Assembly: GCA_963848295.1 (NCBI GenBank)
Contig: CAWKDB010000010.1
Location: forward strand, 2,688,001 to 2,752,000
Source of the DNA: an uncultured delta proteobacterium
GTDB taxonomy: Bacteria; Myxococcota_A; Polyangia; Haliangiales; Haliangiaceae
DNA: 64,000 bases
Direction: 5' to 3'
Position 1 is the stretch's first letter. Every line of letters starts with the position of its first letter. Below, in pieces: positions 32,364 through 45,313 of the stretch. Position numbers and translations under genes: made by a program. The notes under the pieces were generated by a model. The model did not search any database. It saw only the letters and a list, made by a program, of their open reading frames with translations, and was not told the origin of the DNA.

Positions 32364-32942
32364 ATGCAGGCCCAAGCCGCGGCGGTGACGATGTCCGAAG
32401 CGGTGACGATCGACCCGATCGCGGCGCTGATCACCGCCGGCAAGCATCGCGACGCGGTCGCCGAGTGCGCGCGCAGCCATCGCATGGTGCTCGGCCGACT
32501 GTGCATCGCGCTGCTCGGCTCGCAGGCCGATGCCGACGAAGCCGTGCAAGAGACGTTGCTGCGCGCGCATCGCGCGATGGCGACGTATCGCGGCGAGGGC
32601 TCGATCAAGGCGTGGTTGTGCGGCATCGCGCGCCACGTCTGCGCCCACGCGCTCGAGACCCGGCGCAAAGGCCGCGAGCTGCTCGAGATCGTGCCGGACG
32701 CACCCGACGCGAGCGACGCGCGCGAGGCATTCGAGAAGCGCCGCAGCGCGCGCGTGATCCGCGACGCGATGACGAAGTTGAAACCCAGCGAGCGCGAGGC
32801 GCTCGTGTTGCGTTACGTCGCCGACCTCAGCCACCGCGAGATCGCGGAGGTGATCGGGCTCGACGAAACGAGCGCGCGCAAGCGGACGAGCCGTGCGCTC
32901 GCCCGGCTGCGCGTCGTGATCCCGCCAGACGCGATCGATTGA
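32364..32942 (+). CDS. ECF RNA polymerase sigma factor
   Basis: DADEAVQETL, AWLCGIARH (region 2); REALVLRY..LSHREIAE (region 4); start uncertain. Confidence 0.9.
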   Translation: MQAQAAAVTMSEAVTIDPIAALITAGKHRDAVAECARSHRMVLGRLCIALLGSQADADEAVQETLLRAHRAMATYRGEGSIKAWLCGIARHVCAHALETRRKGRELLEIVPDAPDASDAREAFEKRRSARVIRDAMTKLKPSEREALVLRYVADLSHREIAEVIGLDETSARKRTSRALARLRVVIPPDAID

Positions 32943-32953
32943 GGAGAACGAAT

Positions 32954-35900
32954 ATGTCGACGCCATGTGACCAAGTAAGTGATGACCTGTCCGCCCTCGT
33001 CGATGGCGACCGCGACGCGATCGCGCGCCACGCCGACCACCTCGCGAGCTGCGATCACTGCCGCGACGCTCGCCACGAAGCCACGCTGCTCGCAGACCGC
33101 GTCACCGCGTCGGGTGCCGACTACGTCGCGACCGGCGACCTCGTCGGCCAGCTGATGGCGCAAATCCCCGCCCCCGCGCCCGTACCCGAGCCCGTACCCG
33201 TTCCTGCTTCCACGCCGAGCAAACCCGCGCGCCGCGCTCGCCCGATCGCATGGGTTGCGGTCGGCGCCGCGCTCGCGGCATCGGCCGCCGGCATCTACGT
33301 CAAGCTCGATCATCGCCACAGCAAGGGCGCGATCGCGGCAGGCGGGCACGCCTTGCCGGAAGGCGCGATCGGCTCGATGACGTCGACCACCCGCGCGGCC
33401 GCCGATCGCGATGCCGGTGTCTCGATCAAGGTCGGCTCCGGCGACTGGCGACCGCTGCACGCTCACGATCCGCTCGCCGGCGGCGCGACGGTGCGCACCG
33501 ACGAACGGACGCGCGCGACGTTCGATCTCGCAGACGGCACGCACCTCGTGCTCGATCACCAGACCGAGCTCGCGTTCGACGCGAACGAGCCGCGCCACCT
33601 GCGCGTCACCGCCGGTCGATTGCTCGCCGACGTCACGCACCTCGACGGCCATCCCGCGCAGGTCGCGACGCCGCTGGGCCAGATCGATGTCGTCGGCACG
33701 CGGTTCGTCGTCACCGCCGCCGCAAACCTCACCGCGGTGCAAGTCGTGCGCGGCCAGGTCGTGGTGCGCGACGCCGCCGGCGATCACCAAGAGGTTCGCG
33801 CGGGCGAAGAAGGCTCGATCGATGGCGGTGCGATCAGCGTCGCGCCGGTGCCGTCGCTCGCGCGCGATGTCGAATGGGCGGAGCAGCCGCTGCCCAAGTC
33901 CGATGACATCACCGCCGGCGTCGGCTCGCTGCGCGCGTACAAACCGGGCGAGACGCGCGATCGCGACTGGAACCTCGCGCTCGCGAACCACGACGTCAAG
34001 GTCCGCATCGTCGGACCGATCGCGCGCACCGAGATCACCGAGACGTTCCGCAACGACTCGGCGGCCGAGCTCGAAGGCGTCTATCAGTTCCCGCTGCCCG
34101 CCGACGCCCAGATCGACGGGCTCGCGCTCGATCAGAAGGGCGCGCCGGACGGCTTCGCCGATGGCGCGTTCGTCGACAAGGAGCGCGGCGCGAAGATCTG
34201 GAAAGGCGTGATCCAGAAAGCGGCGCCGCAACAGATCGCGTCGAATAACTCCGAGATCATCTGGGTGCCCGGCTCGTGGCGCGACCCGGCGTTGCTCGAC
34301 TGGAAGCGCGGCGGCCGATTCGAGCTCCGCGTATTCCCGATCCCCGCGCACGGCCAGCGCACGATCAAGCTCGCGTACACCGAGGTCGTCGCGCCGCACG
34401 GCACCTGGCGCCAGTACGTCTATCCATTGCCGCACTCGAACGACGGCTCGACCGTCGCCGATCGATTCTCGGTCGACGTCGAGGTCCGCGGCGCCGCGCC
34501 AGGCCTCGTCCGAGCGGCGGGCTACGACCTCAAGGCCGATCCGGCGCGCCAAGCGGTCGGCGCGCCTGCGTGTTCGAGCAGGGCGGGTTCGTGCCGCGCG
34601 GCGACCTCGTGATCGACGTATCGCCCGGCCGATGCCGGCGCCGAGCTGCGCGCCTGGACGTTCGCCGGCGGCGCGGCGGTCGCGCCCGACGACAAGCTCG
34701 CCGAAAAGCACGGCGTCGGGATCGACCCGCTCGTCGTCGCCGCGCAACGCGCCGAGGCCGCCGATACCCGCGCGACCGCGGTGCTCGCGATCACGCCGAA
34801 GCTGCCGCACTGGCAGGACGCGAAGCCGCGCGACTACATGATCGTGCTCGACGCGAGCCAGTCGATGACCGGCGAGCGCTGGACGCGCGCGAAGGAGCTC
34901 GCGAGCGCGATCGTCACCGACATGGATCGCCGCGATCGGTTCTCGCTGATGACGTGCGATAGCGACTGCCGCAAGTTCGGCGACGTGCGCTCGCCATCGC
35001 CGACCTCGGAGCGCGACGCGCGAGCGTGGCTCGAGGCGCAGACCGCCGGTGGCGCGACCGACGTCGTCGAATCGATCCGCTCCGCTCAAGCCGCGCTCGC
35101 AGACGGCGACCGCGACCGCTGGGTGCTGTACATCGGCGACGGCTTTGCGTCGACCGGGTTTCGCCGGCCGGCCGATGTCGCGCATGCGATCGGCGGCGCG
35201 GTCAACGTCTCGACGATCGGGATCGGCGGCGATGCCGACGCCCTGCTGCTCCAGGCCGCGGCGCGCGGCGGCGGCGGCAGCTATCTCGCGTGGACGCCGG
35301 GCGAACGGGTCGGCACCGCGGCGCTCGCGGCGCTCGACTCGACGTACGGTGCCGCGCTCGAGCACGCGACGGTCGAGCTCCCCGCCGGGCTCGCCGATGT
35401 CGCGCCGTCGACACTGCCGACCGTGCGCGCCGGCGACGAGGTGCTGCTCGCGGCGCGGACCGAGGGCTCGGTACAAGGCGATGTGATCGTGCGCGGCACG
35501 GTCGCGGGCCAGCCGTTCGAGCAACGCTATCCGCTCAAGCTCGACGTCTCGACGAAGAGCGGCAACGGCTTCGTGCCGCGGCTGTGGGCGTCGCTCGCGA
35601 TCGATCAGCTCGAAGCTGCCGGCACCGGCGAAGACCGCGCGAAGATCGTCGCGCTGTCGCAGGCGTACGGCGTGATGTCGCGCGAGACGTCGTTGCTCGT
35701 GCTCGAATCGCCGGCGATGTTCGATGCGTTCGGCGTCGATCGCCACGTACCGGCCGCGAAGTGGACCGGCGAGGACGATCTCGACGAGGTCGCGAGCTCG
35801 AGCCCGCACCTACAAGCGAACAGGACCGGGACGTTGATGGCAGGTGCGAGCGCCGCCGCGGGCGACAAGAAAGCGTCGGATCCCGACGACGATGCCGCCG

Positions 35901-37300
35901 CCACGAAGGTGCCAGCGGTCGCCGCGAGCCCGGTGATGGCGCAGGCGGAGGCCAGGCCGGTCGCGACCGTGCCCGCGAAGGACAGGGCCACCGTCGGACA
36001 TGATCTGGCCGAGCGTCGCTTCGGCATGGGTGCCGGCGGCGGCCGCGGCGGCTATGGCGACGACATGGTCGCGCTGCGCCGGACCTGGATCCGCGTGCCG
36101 GCGATCTCGGCGTACGGCTCGGTCTCGCCGAGCATCGCCCAGGCGATGGGCGACGCGGAACGCGCGCTCCAGCAGAACCCCGACAGCCGCGAGAAACATC
36201 GCGCGTTGGTCCAGACGCTGGCGTTCGCCGGCGAGCTCGACCGCGCGAGAGAGGTCACCGCGAAGTGGATCGATCGCGACCAGCTCGATCCGCAGGCCCT
36301 CGGCTACGAGGCCGATCTGCTGGGCCGCGCCGGCGACCGCGACCAGGCGTTGCGGACGCTCGCCGGGCTCGTCGACCTCGATGCCGATCGCCCCGCGCTA
36401 CACGAGCGGATGATCCGCGCCTACGAGCAGATCGGCAAGCTGTCGCAAGCGTGTAGCCATCGCATCGCGCTCGCCGCGATCTCGCCGAAGGACGCGAAGG
36501 TTGCCGCGAACGCGCTGCGCTGCCTGCGCGACCTCGGTCGCCACGACGATGCCGAGCTGATCGCGAGCGCCTTGCCGGACGACGCGACCCGCGCCGCCGC
36601 CGAGAAGGCTGCGTTGGTCGCTCCGGTCGTTGCGAAGTCAGGCGACCTGGTCGTCGACGCGCACTGGGACCACGGCGCCGATCTCGACATCTCGTTGATC
36701 GCGCCCGACGGCAGCCGCGTGTCGTGGATGGGCGCGTCGGGACGCAGCGACGCGACGGTCAGCGATGCGACCAGCACCGAGCACGAGCGCCTCGTCGTCG
36801 GTTCTCTGCGCAGGGGCAACTACCTCGTCGAGGTGACGCGCGCGTCCGCGGCCTCGACGTCGGGCTCGATCCGCGGCACGCTCGAGGTCACCGCGCTCGG
36901 TAGCAAGCGCTCGTTGCCGTTCGAGCTGCGCGGTGCTCACGCGATCATCGGCCGGATCGCGATCTCGCTCGAAGAGCACCTCGAAGAGATCGGTAGCAAT
37001 GATGCGCACGTCGGCTTCGGCCACATCGCGGACCAACAACTCGGCCGCGTGATGATGGCGCGCTCGGTGTCGCTGCGGCAATGCTACGAGACGGCGGTCG
37101 GCGCGAACCCGAGGCTCGGTGCCGGCCGCATCACGTTGACGGTCGCGATCACCCAATACGGCGGCGTGCAGCTCGCGACCTCGGCGTCAGCCGGCTTCGC
37201 AGGCGTCGCGGAGTGCGTCAAGCAGGAGCTGTCGACGATGCACACGAGCTCGAGCGCCGCGGGCACGACGTTCCGCGTCGGACTCGCGTTCACGCGATAG
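32954..37300 (+). CDS. Large anti-sigma fusion: zf-HC2, TM, FecR, VIT, vWA, TPR-like and AgmX/PglI-like C-terminal domain; compensating frameshifts near 34565-34620
   Basis: HLASCDHC; FecR VRTD..LADG, TP.G.I.VVGTRF; VIT ARTEITETF.N..LEGVYQFPLP; MIDAS DASQS, GATD, IGDG; LRQCYE near the C-terminus. Confidence 0.82.
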
Positions 37301-37303
37301 TCG

Positions 37304-37861
37304 CTACTCCCAGCGCAGGTCGAGCTGGCAGACGTCGTCGCCGCGCGTCCGGCACTTGGTCTCGTCGACCGTCGCGCGATGGCCGCCCGAGAGCTCGACC
37401 GAGCGTTCGGCCCAGCCCGCGACCGAGAGGCAATGCGCGACGTGTGGCGACGCGAACCCGCGGATCCGCGCGACCGCGCCCTTGGGCCCGCGGGTCATGA
37501 CCTCGAGGTAACCGGAGTCGTAGTGCGCGCTCCACAGCCGGACCGCGCGGCCCAGGATCCAGTGCACGGTGCCGACCTTGAAGAACAGGCGGTAGATCGT
37601 CGTGAGGTTCGCATCGGCGCCGTGGCGGCCGAGCATGCGCACGAGCTCGAGATCGCCACGGCCGAACAGCCGATCGATCACGAGGTTGAGCTCGATGAAC
37701 TGGTCGAACGGATACCACCGCGCCTTTTCGATGCCACCGGTGATCACGGCGCGCAGCTCCGGCGAGCACTGGGCGATCAGCCGATCGGTGCCGGCGGCGC
37801 CGTGCCCGAGCTGCACCCACAGCACGCGAGATGACAGCGCGCTTCCCTTCACATTCGCCAT
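37304..37861 (-). CDS. Conserved myxobacterial protein with V4R/H-NOX-like fold
   Basis: N-terminal VKG, WYP motif, C-terminal [15 protein letters not shown]. Confidence 0.65.
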   Translation of the reverse strand: MANVKGSALSSRVLWVQLGHGAAGTDRLIAQCSPELRAVITGGIEKARWYPFDQFIELNLVIDRLFGRGDLELVRMLGRHGADANLTTIYRLFFKVGTVHWILGRAVRLWSAHYDSGYLEVMTRGPKGAVARIRGFASPHVAHCLSVAGWAERSVELSGGHRATVDETKCRTRGDDVCQLDLRWE

Positions 37862-37991
37862 GCGCCTCTGCCTTTCAGGCAGCCGCTCCTCCGGGGCGTC
37901 GCCGCTTCGCGTCGGGGCGCGAGCGACGTTCGCTCGGGGAACGCTCCTTCGTCGCTTCCCTCGTCATGGGCCACGCCTCTACTATACGCGC

Positions 37992-39554
<1,563 letters not shown>

Positions 39555-39579
39555 AGATGCGATCGAACGAGATCAGATC

Positions 39580-41454
39580 GTGTACGAGTACGTGACACGT
39601 GGCACGTGCACGTTCACGTCCACGACCTTTGTCGTCGTCGCGTTCCTCGCCGCTTGCCATCCCCATGAGGTCTCGCTCGCGCCGCTGCCACCCGTCGCGA
39701 CCGCGCGTTACCTCGAAGGCCGGCTCGCGGCGTATCGCGGTGACTGGCCGACCGCAGCGAGCGCGCTCGCCGATGCCGCGGCTGCCGCGCCCGATCAGCC
39801 GATGATCGCGATCGCGCTCGCCCATGCGCTCGCGAAAGCCAAGCGCGAGCCGGCCGCCCGCGACGTGCTCGCCTCGGCGCGCGCGCGCTGGCCGGATCAT
39901 CCTCAAGTCTGGCTCGCGTCGGGCGACCTGCTGGCGAGCGCGCTGCCGATCGATGGAACCGCGCCGTCCTCCGGCGGCGCTGCCGGCGATGGACGAGCCA
40001 CCGCCGTCGATGGAACCGCGCCGTCCTCCGGCGGCGCTGCCGGCGATGGACAAGCCACCGCCGTCGATGGAACCGCGCCGTCCTCCGGCGGCGTTGCCGG
40101 CGATGGACAAGCCACCGCCGTCGATGGAACCGCGCCGTCCTCCGGCGGCGCTGCCGGCGATGGACAAGCCACCGCCGTCGATGGAACCGCGCCGTCCTCC
40201 GGCGGCGCACGAGCCACCGCCGAGGCTGCCGCCGCCTATCGCCGGGCGATCTCGCTCGCGCCCGACAACGAGCGCGGTTATCTCGGCCTCGCGCGCGTCT
40301 TGCTCGCGGGTCATCACGAGCGAGCCGCCGAGGACACGCTGCGTTCGCTCATCGCGCACGTCCCGGCGTCGGTCGACGGTCACTTCCGACTCGCGCAGCG
40401 CCTCGCCGACCGCGACGACCTCGCCGGCGCCGCGAAGGAGCTGCGCGCCGTGCTCGAGCGCGACCCCGACCACATCGACGCGCGGATGGCGCTCGCGCGC
40501 GCCGAACGCCGGCTCGGCGATCTGACCGATGCGATCGCGCAGACCCGCAGCGCATTCGATCGCGCGGCACAACCGATCGACCTCGCGCAAGAGCTGTTCT
40601 TCTTGTTGTGCGAGGCGGGCGACATCACGGCCGCGAAAGATCTCCTGACGCTGCTCGACGATGATCGCAGCGATCCCGACACGCTCGGCTTGGTCGCGCG
40701 GCTCGAGCTCGGGCTCGGCGCGGTCGATGTAGCGCACGTGATCGCGAGCCAGCTCGCGAGCATCGATGCCGATGCCGCGGCGCTCGTCGAGATCGAGATC
40801 GCAGCCGGTACCCACGATCTCGACGCGGCCGAGCGCCTCGCCCTCGCCCTGCCGGCTGACTCGCCGGTGTACGGCGCCGGCCGCCGGGTCGCCGCCGACG
40901 CGATCCGCGCGAGTCACGGCGCTCCCGCGCGCGCGTTCGCACTCGTCGAGCCGGCGTGGCGAGCCCGACCCGGCGATCTCGATCTCGCGCTGTCCGCCGC
41001 GCTCGCGCTCGCCGGGTTGCATCGCGGTGACGAGGCTCGCGCCGCGCTCGCCGCGGTCAAGGCCGCCCCGGCGCTCGAGCTCGCCCGCGCGCGGCTCGAC
41101 GACGCGCTCGGCGATGACAAAGCCGCGATCGCTCGAGTCGAGGCGCTGATCCGCGCGCACCCCGACGACGCCGCCGCGCTCAACTTCGCGGGCTACCTCA
41201 TGGTCGACACGGGCGCGCGACTCGAGGTCGCCGCGCGCTACTTGAAGACCGCGCGCGAGCTGCAACCCGGCGATCCCGCGATCATCGACAGCTGGGGCTG
41301 GCTGTTGCTGCGCCGCGGCGATCGCGAGGGCGCGCTAGCCGCGCTCGAGCTCGCCGCCGCGCTCGCGCCGCTCGATCGAGACATCGCGCTCCACCTGCGC
41401 GCGGCCCGCGCCCCCACCACGAGCGGCCAGCTGGTGGTACCATCTAAGCCATGA
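39580..41454 (+). CDS. TPR-repeat lipoprotein containing an in-frame 19-aa tandem repeat
   Basis: FLAAC lipobox; ALNFAGY and [13 protein letters not shown] motifs; start uncertain. Confidence 0.8.
   Translation: MYEYVTRGTCTFTSTTFVVVAFLAACHPHEVSLAPLPPVATARYLEGRLAAYRGDWPTAASALADAAAAAPDQPMIAIALAHALAKAKREPAARDVLASARARWPDHPQVWLASGDLLASALPIDGTAPSSGGAAGDGRATAVDGTAPSSGGAAGDGQATAVDGTAPSSGGVAGDGQATAVDGTAPSSGGAAGDGQATAVDGTAPSSGGARATAEAAAAYRRAISLAPDNERGYLGLARVLLAGHHERAAEDTLRSLIAHVPASVDGHFRLAQRLADRDDLAGAAKELRAVLERDPDHIDARMALARAERRLGDLTDAIAQTRSAFDRAAQPIDLAQELFFLLCEAGDITAAKDLLTLLDDDRSDPDTLGLVARLELGLGAVDVAHVIASQLASIDADAAALVEIEIAAGTHDLDAAERLALALPADSPVYGAGRRVAADAIRASHGAPARAFALVEPAWRARPGDLDLALSAALALAGLHRGDEARAALAAVKAAPALELARARLDDALGDDKAAIARVEALIRAHPDDAAALNFAGYLMVDTGARLEVAARYLKTARELQPGDPAIIDSWGWLLLRRGDREGALAALELAAALAPLDRDIALHLRAARAPTTSGQLVVPSKP
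39952..40208 (+). repeat. 57-bp coding minisatellite, 4 full copies plus a partial fifth ([19 protein letters not shown])
   Basis: Units start at 39952, 40009, 40066, 40123 and 40180; near-identical. Confidence 0.95.
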
Positions 41455-41777
41455 GCGGCCGGATCCTCGTCGCAGTTGTCGCGTTCATCGCGCTCGCCGC
41501 GCCGGGCTGCAAGAACGGTCCGTCCGACGACCAATGCAAGAAGTTGCTCGACCACATGGTCGACCTCGAGTTCAAGAAGGGCGGCGCGGTCGCGAGCAAC
41601 GATCAGATGAAGGCCGAGCTGCTGAAGCAGAAGCAGGCGGCGCTCGTCGGCAAATCCGCCGACGAGTTCATGAAGACGTGCACGTCGTCGTTCTCGAAGG
41701 AGCGCGTCGAGTGCGCGCTCGACAAGACCGAGCTCGACGGCGATAACGGCGTCGCGAAGTGCGACGAGAGCAAGTAG
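41451..41777 (+). CDS. Small helical lipoprotein with four mature-chain Cys
   Basis: APGC lipobox; ATGA-coupled to the TPR gene. Confidence 0.75.
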   Translation: MSGRILVAVVAFIALAAPGCKNGPSDDQCKKLLDHMVDLEFKKGGAVASNDQMKAELLKQKQAALVGKSADEFMKTCTSSFSKERVECALDKTELDGDNGVAKCDESK

Positions 41778-41781
41778 TCGG

Positions 41782-42825
41782 CTAGGCCAGCGTCCCGTTC
41801 AGCGTCTGGAACACGACCTCCGCGACCCGCTCGCCGACGGCGGTCGACGCGGTCGCGCCATGACCGCCGAGGCCGGCGGCCCAGACGAGCCAAGGCCGCG
41901 TGCGATCCGAGACGATTCGCATCCGCAGGTCCGGCGTGAAGCAGCGCTGACATGCCCAGCGGCCGACCACCGTCGCGCCGGCGAGCGCGCTCTTGCCGAG
42001 TCGGGTCGCCAGCGCTGCATCGCCTTCGGCGTCGGCTTCTTGATGGCCGGCCGCCACCGGCACGCCATCGCACGGCGAGACCAACACGCCGTCGGCCGCG
42101 GCGCGCACGTACAGCTCCTGCTCGCCGAGATGCCACAACCAGGGCGCGCGATCGACGACCCCGCCGCCGACGATGTAGACGTGCCGTTTGAGCGCGACCA
42201 ACGGCGGCGCCCCGACGAGGCGACCGGCCCACGCGCCCGAAGCGTCGACGACGACCCGCGCCTCGAGCTCGCCGAGCGCGGTCGTCAGCCGGGCGCCGAC
42301 CCCGTCGGGCTCGACCGCGGTGACCCCGGCGTTGCGGGCGATCTGCGCGCCACCGGCCCGCGCACCGGCGGCCAGCGCCGCGAGTAAGCCCGCGATATCG
42401 ATCACGCCGTCGCTCGGCACGTGCAGCGCCGCGGCGATCGAGAGATCGGGGAGATCCGGCCACCACGCCGCGACCGCGGTCGTCGCGACCGGCTCGACCG
42501 CGATCGAGAAGCGCTTCGCGCGCTCGACGTACGCCTCGGCATCGACGGCGTTGTCGAACGTCAGGACTCCGCCGCTCTCGCGCCACACGCCGCCGAGCTC
42601 GCGCAGCAAACGCGCGCCGCGCACGGTGAGCGCGGTGGTCTCGTCGTCGTCGACGAGCTGGCGGCCGAGCCCGGCGCTGCGCCCGCTCGCGAACTTGCCG
42701 AGCTCGGCCTCGCGCTCGAGCACGATGCTCGCGATCCCGCGGCGGGCGAGCGCCCATGCGGTGGCGACGCCGGCAAATCCGCCGCCGATGATAGCAACAT
42801 CGGTCGTGGCCGGCAGCTCGCTCAC
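41782..42825 (-). CDS. FAD-dependent oxidoreductase (DAO / glycine-oxidase family)
   Basis: VAIIGGGFAG, ASGRSAG, VDASGAW, TPD, AGLGGHG. Confidence 0.88.
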   Translation of the reverse strand: MSELPATTDVAIIGGGFAGVATAWALARRGIASIVLEREAELGKFASGRSAGLGRQLVDDDETTALTVRGARLLRELGGVWRESGGVLTFDNAVDAEAYVERAKRFSIAVEPVATTAVAAWWPDLPDLSIAAALHVPSDGVIDIAGLLAALAAGARAGGAQIARNAGVTAVEPDGVGARLTTALGELEARVVVDASGAWAGRLVGAPPLVALKRHVYIVGGGVVDRAPWLWHLGEQELYVRAAADGVLVSPCDGVPVAAGHQEADAEGDAALATRLGKSALAGATVVGRWACQRCFTPDLRMRIVSDRTRPWLVWAAGLGGHGATASTAVGERVAEVVFQTLNGTLA

Positions 42826-42885
42826 GGTGGGCTTGTAGCACGTTGCCGGTTGACCGCGCCGTCTTCGTCTAGGCAGACTCGATCC

Positions 42886-43116
42886 ATGCCGAAGCTGATC
42901 CGTCTGGATACCGGTGCCGAGATCGGAGAGATCAGCGATGCGCACCTGCAATTCCTCGTCGATCACCTCGAGGAAGAGAACGACGACGACAAGGACTACT
43001 TCATCGATCGCGAGACGATCGAGCTGTTGTCCGACAACGGCGGCGACCCCGAGCTGCTCGCGATGCTGGAGAAGGCGATCGGGCGCGATGAAGACATGAC
43101 GATCGCCTGGGAGTGA
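42886..43116 (+). CDS. Small acidic conserved hypothetical protein
   Basis: 76 aa, LQFLVDHLEEE..DKDYFID..TIELL; strong coding bias. Confidence 0.75.
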   Translation: MPKLIRLDTGAEIGEISDAHLQFLVDHLEEENDDDKDYFIDRETIELLSDNGGDPELLAMLEKAIGRDEDMTIAWE

Positions 43117-43166
43117 GTGGCTCCCGGGCATTGGCGGACGCGAGCCGGGCTCGATATGATCGCGGT

Positions 43167-44249
43167 ATGGGCCGGGTCGTCTCGCTTGGGCTGCTCGCAC
43201 TCGCCGCGTGCGCACATGGCGGCAAGCCGCCGAACGACCCGGCGACCGCGCACGAGCGGATCGTGTCTGCGGCCAAGCGCCACGACGCTGCGGCGATCGC
43301 GAGCCTGTTGCGGGCACCGCTCAGCTACGGCGGCTTGTGGTTCGCCGATCGCGGCTGCGCGGCGAAGTTTCCGACCGCGACCACGCTCGGCGCCGATCAG
43401 CTGCCGGCGTTCGCGAAGTGCCTCGCCGCGCTCAAGCTCGAGACCAGCCCGCGCAGGTCGGCGCTCGCCGACGCCGTGATCCTGACCTACGACCCCGGCA
43501 TCGAGATCGAGCTCCGGTTCGGCGTCGACGACAACGGGGCGTGGCTGTCGTCGATCGGCTACCTCGGACGGCGCGAGCCGGGCGATCCCGAGCCGACAAT
43601 CTCGCCGTCCGCGCTCGAGCTGCGCCGAGAGGCCGGGATGCGCGAGCCCGAGCTCGATGCCGATGCGCACACCAAGCTCGACAACGACATCAACGTCAGC
43701 GGCAACACCTACGCGTACGCTTGGCTGCGGGTGTGTGTCGATCCGAACGGCGCGGTCACGGCCTCGCCGCGCGACGGCTCGTCGCAAGCCGCCGAGGAGG
43801 TCTTCGCCGCGGCGGTCAGCGACTGGCGGTTCCGACCGTTCAACGCAGGCGGCTCGGCGATCACGGTGTGTACGCTCAAGCGCTTCACCTACGGCACGAG
43901 CCCGACCGACGAGGTCTTGCCCCTGCCGCAGATTCCCGGGCCGCCGCGAACCGTGACCCCCGACGCGCTCGGCAAGCGCATCGTCGGCGATCCCCAGGTC
44001 GCTCCGACGGAGGCGATCAAGCTCGACCTCGCCAAGCACCACAACCCCGCACTACTCGGCGTGTTCCGGTTTTGTCTCGCCGAGACCGGCGCGGTCGACA
44101 ACGTCACGACCGTGCTGTCGAGCGGCAACACCGACTACGACGCGTTGATCAAGCATGCGATCCTCGCGTGGCGCTACAAGCCGTACGTCAACGGCGGCAG
44201 ACCGACCGCGGTGTGCAGCGAGGTCGTCTACTCGTACCGCCAGTCCTAG
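43167..44249 (+). CDS. Lipoprotein with two TonB C-terminal-like domains
   Basis: LAAC lipobox; two CV/CL..G.V ... WRF/Y.P ... VC repeats. Confidence 0.75.
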   Translation: MGRVVSLGLLALAACAHGGKPPNDPATAHERIVSAAKRHDAAAIASLLRAPLSYGGLWFADRGCAAKFPTATTLGADQLPAFAKCLAALKLETSPRRSALADAVILTYDPGIEIELRFGVDDNGAWLSSIGYLGRREPGDPEPTISPSALELRREAGMREPELDADAHTKLDNDINVSGNTYAYAWLRVCVDPNGAVTASPRDGSSQAAEEVFAAAVSDWRFRPFNAGGSAITVCTLKRFTYGTSPTDEVLPLPQIPGPPRTVTPDALGKRIVGDPQVAPTEAIKLDLAKHHNPALLGVFRFCLAETGAVDNVTTVLSSGNTDYDALIKHAILAWRYKPYVNGGRPTAVCSEVVYSYRQS

Positions 44250-44306
44250 CCGTATCACCACGCGTGGCAGCTGCGCCGGCGCGGCGAGCTTGCGGCGGGC
44301 TGACTA

Positions 44307-44597
44307 CTACTTCTTCGCCGCTTCCTGGCAGGCGTCGAGCTGCTTCATCGTCGGGTCACTGCCGAGCGCGTTGATGCAATCGAGGCCCTTCTGGGTCTCG
44401 GGGTGCTTCTTGAGCTCGTCGCGGCATTCCTTGACCGCCTCTTCCTTCATCTTGTCGACGCCGTACTCCGCGCCGCCTTTGGGCATGTCCTTCATCATCA
44501 GCGGCGCGATCTTGTCCATCGCGCGAGTGCAGTCGTCTTTGCTCGAGCAAGCGGCGAGGGAACCGAACAGCGCGAGGGCGATAGCAATGGTCTTCAT
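44307..44597 (-). CDS. Small four-Cys lipoprotein, paralog 1 of 3
   Basis: LAAC lipobox; C..K, C..HPE..L.C, T..C pattern. Confidence 0.75.
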   Translation of the reverse strand: MKTIAIALALFGSLAACSSKDDCTRAMDKIAPLMMKDMPKGGAEYGVDKMKEEAVKECRDELKKHPETQKGLDCINALGSDPTMKQLDACQEAAKK

Positions 44598-44645
44598 GGG
44601 GTCCGGCATCTTACTCGACGATGCGACCCGCAGTGAACCGCGAAG

Positions 44646-44990
44646 TCACGGCGTGTGACCGCTGTCGACGGTCTCGGGCCGGCGGTCGTGGACCGAGTGC
44701 CTCGGTGGAATTTTCTCGAACGGCGGGCAGGCCGCGATCTGGACGTCGGTGGGCGCATCGGGCAGCGCGATCAGGCACGCGAGCGTCGCCTTCGCGCGCT
44801 CGGGGTCCTTCGCGACCGAGGCGTGGCACTTCTCGACGCCTAGCTTCATCCGATCGGCGTTCGCGGAGCCGGAACCGCCGGCTCTGGCCCACGCATCGCT
44901 CGACGCGATCTTCGCGACCGCGAGCGCGCAGTCGTCGTGCTTCGAGCAGGCCGCGAGCGCGAGCGCCGCGAGGATGGCGAGCTTGGTCAT
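44646..44990 (-). CDS. Small four-Cys lipoprotein, paralog 2 of 3
   Basis: MTKLAILAALALAACSKHDDC; same Cys pattern with DPE. Confidence 0.72.
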   Translation of the reverse strand: MTKLAILAALALAACSKHDDCALAVAKIASSDAWARAGGSGSANADRMKLGVEKCHASVAKDPERAKATLACLIALPDAPTDVQIAACPPFEKIPPRHSVHDRRPETVDSGHTP

Positions 44991-45034
44991 GGCTGCTGCA
45001 TGTCGATCTTCGGGTTCACGCCGCGAATCGTAAC

Positions 45035-45313
45035 TCAGTGGCCCGGCGGTTTCGTGGTGCATTCGCCGACTTTGGCGATCGTGACCTCGCCGCTGATCGC
45101 GAGGATGCACTCGAGCTGCGTTGCGCGCTCGGGATGCTTCGCGAGATCCGCGCGGCACGAGGCGAGCACCTGATCCTTGACGTTGCCGATCGACTGCTCG
45201 GACGGGCGATTGCCGTCGAGCATCGCCGCGGTCTTGTCGTAGACCCGCTCGCACACGTCCGGCTTCGAGCACGCGGCGATGGCGACGAGCGCGAACGCGA
45301 GTACGAGCTTCAT
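45035..45313 (-). CDS. Small four-Cys lipoprotein, paralog 3 of 3
   Basis: MKLVLAFALVAIAACSKPDVC; same Cys pattern with HPE; TACAAT 6 nt upstream. Confidence 0.75.
   Translation of the reverse strand: MKLVLAFALVAIAACSKPDVCERVYDKTAAMLDGNRPSEQSIGNVKDQVLASCRADLAKHPERATQLECILAISGEVTIAKVGECTTKPPGH

Noticed and set aside
39952..40208. CRISPR array
   Set aside because: Units are identical along their whole length with no unique spacers, lie in frame in a CDS, and no cas genes are nearby.
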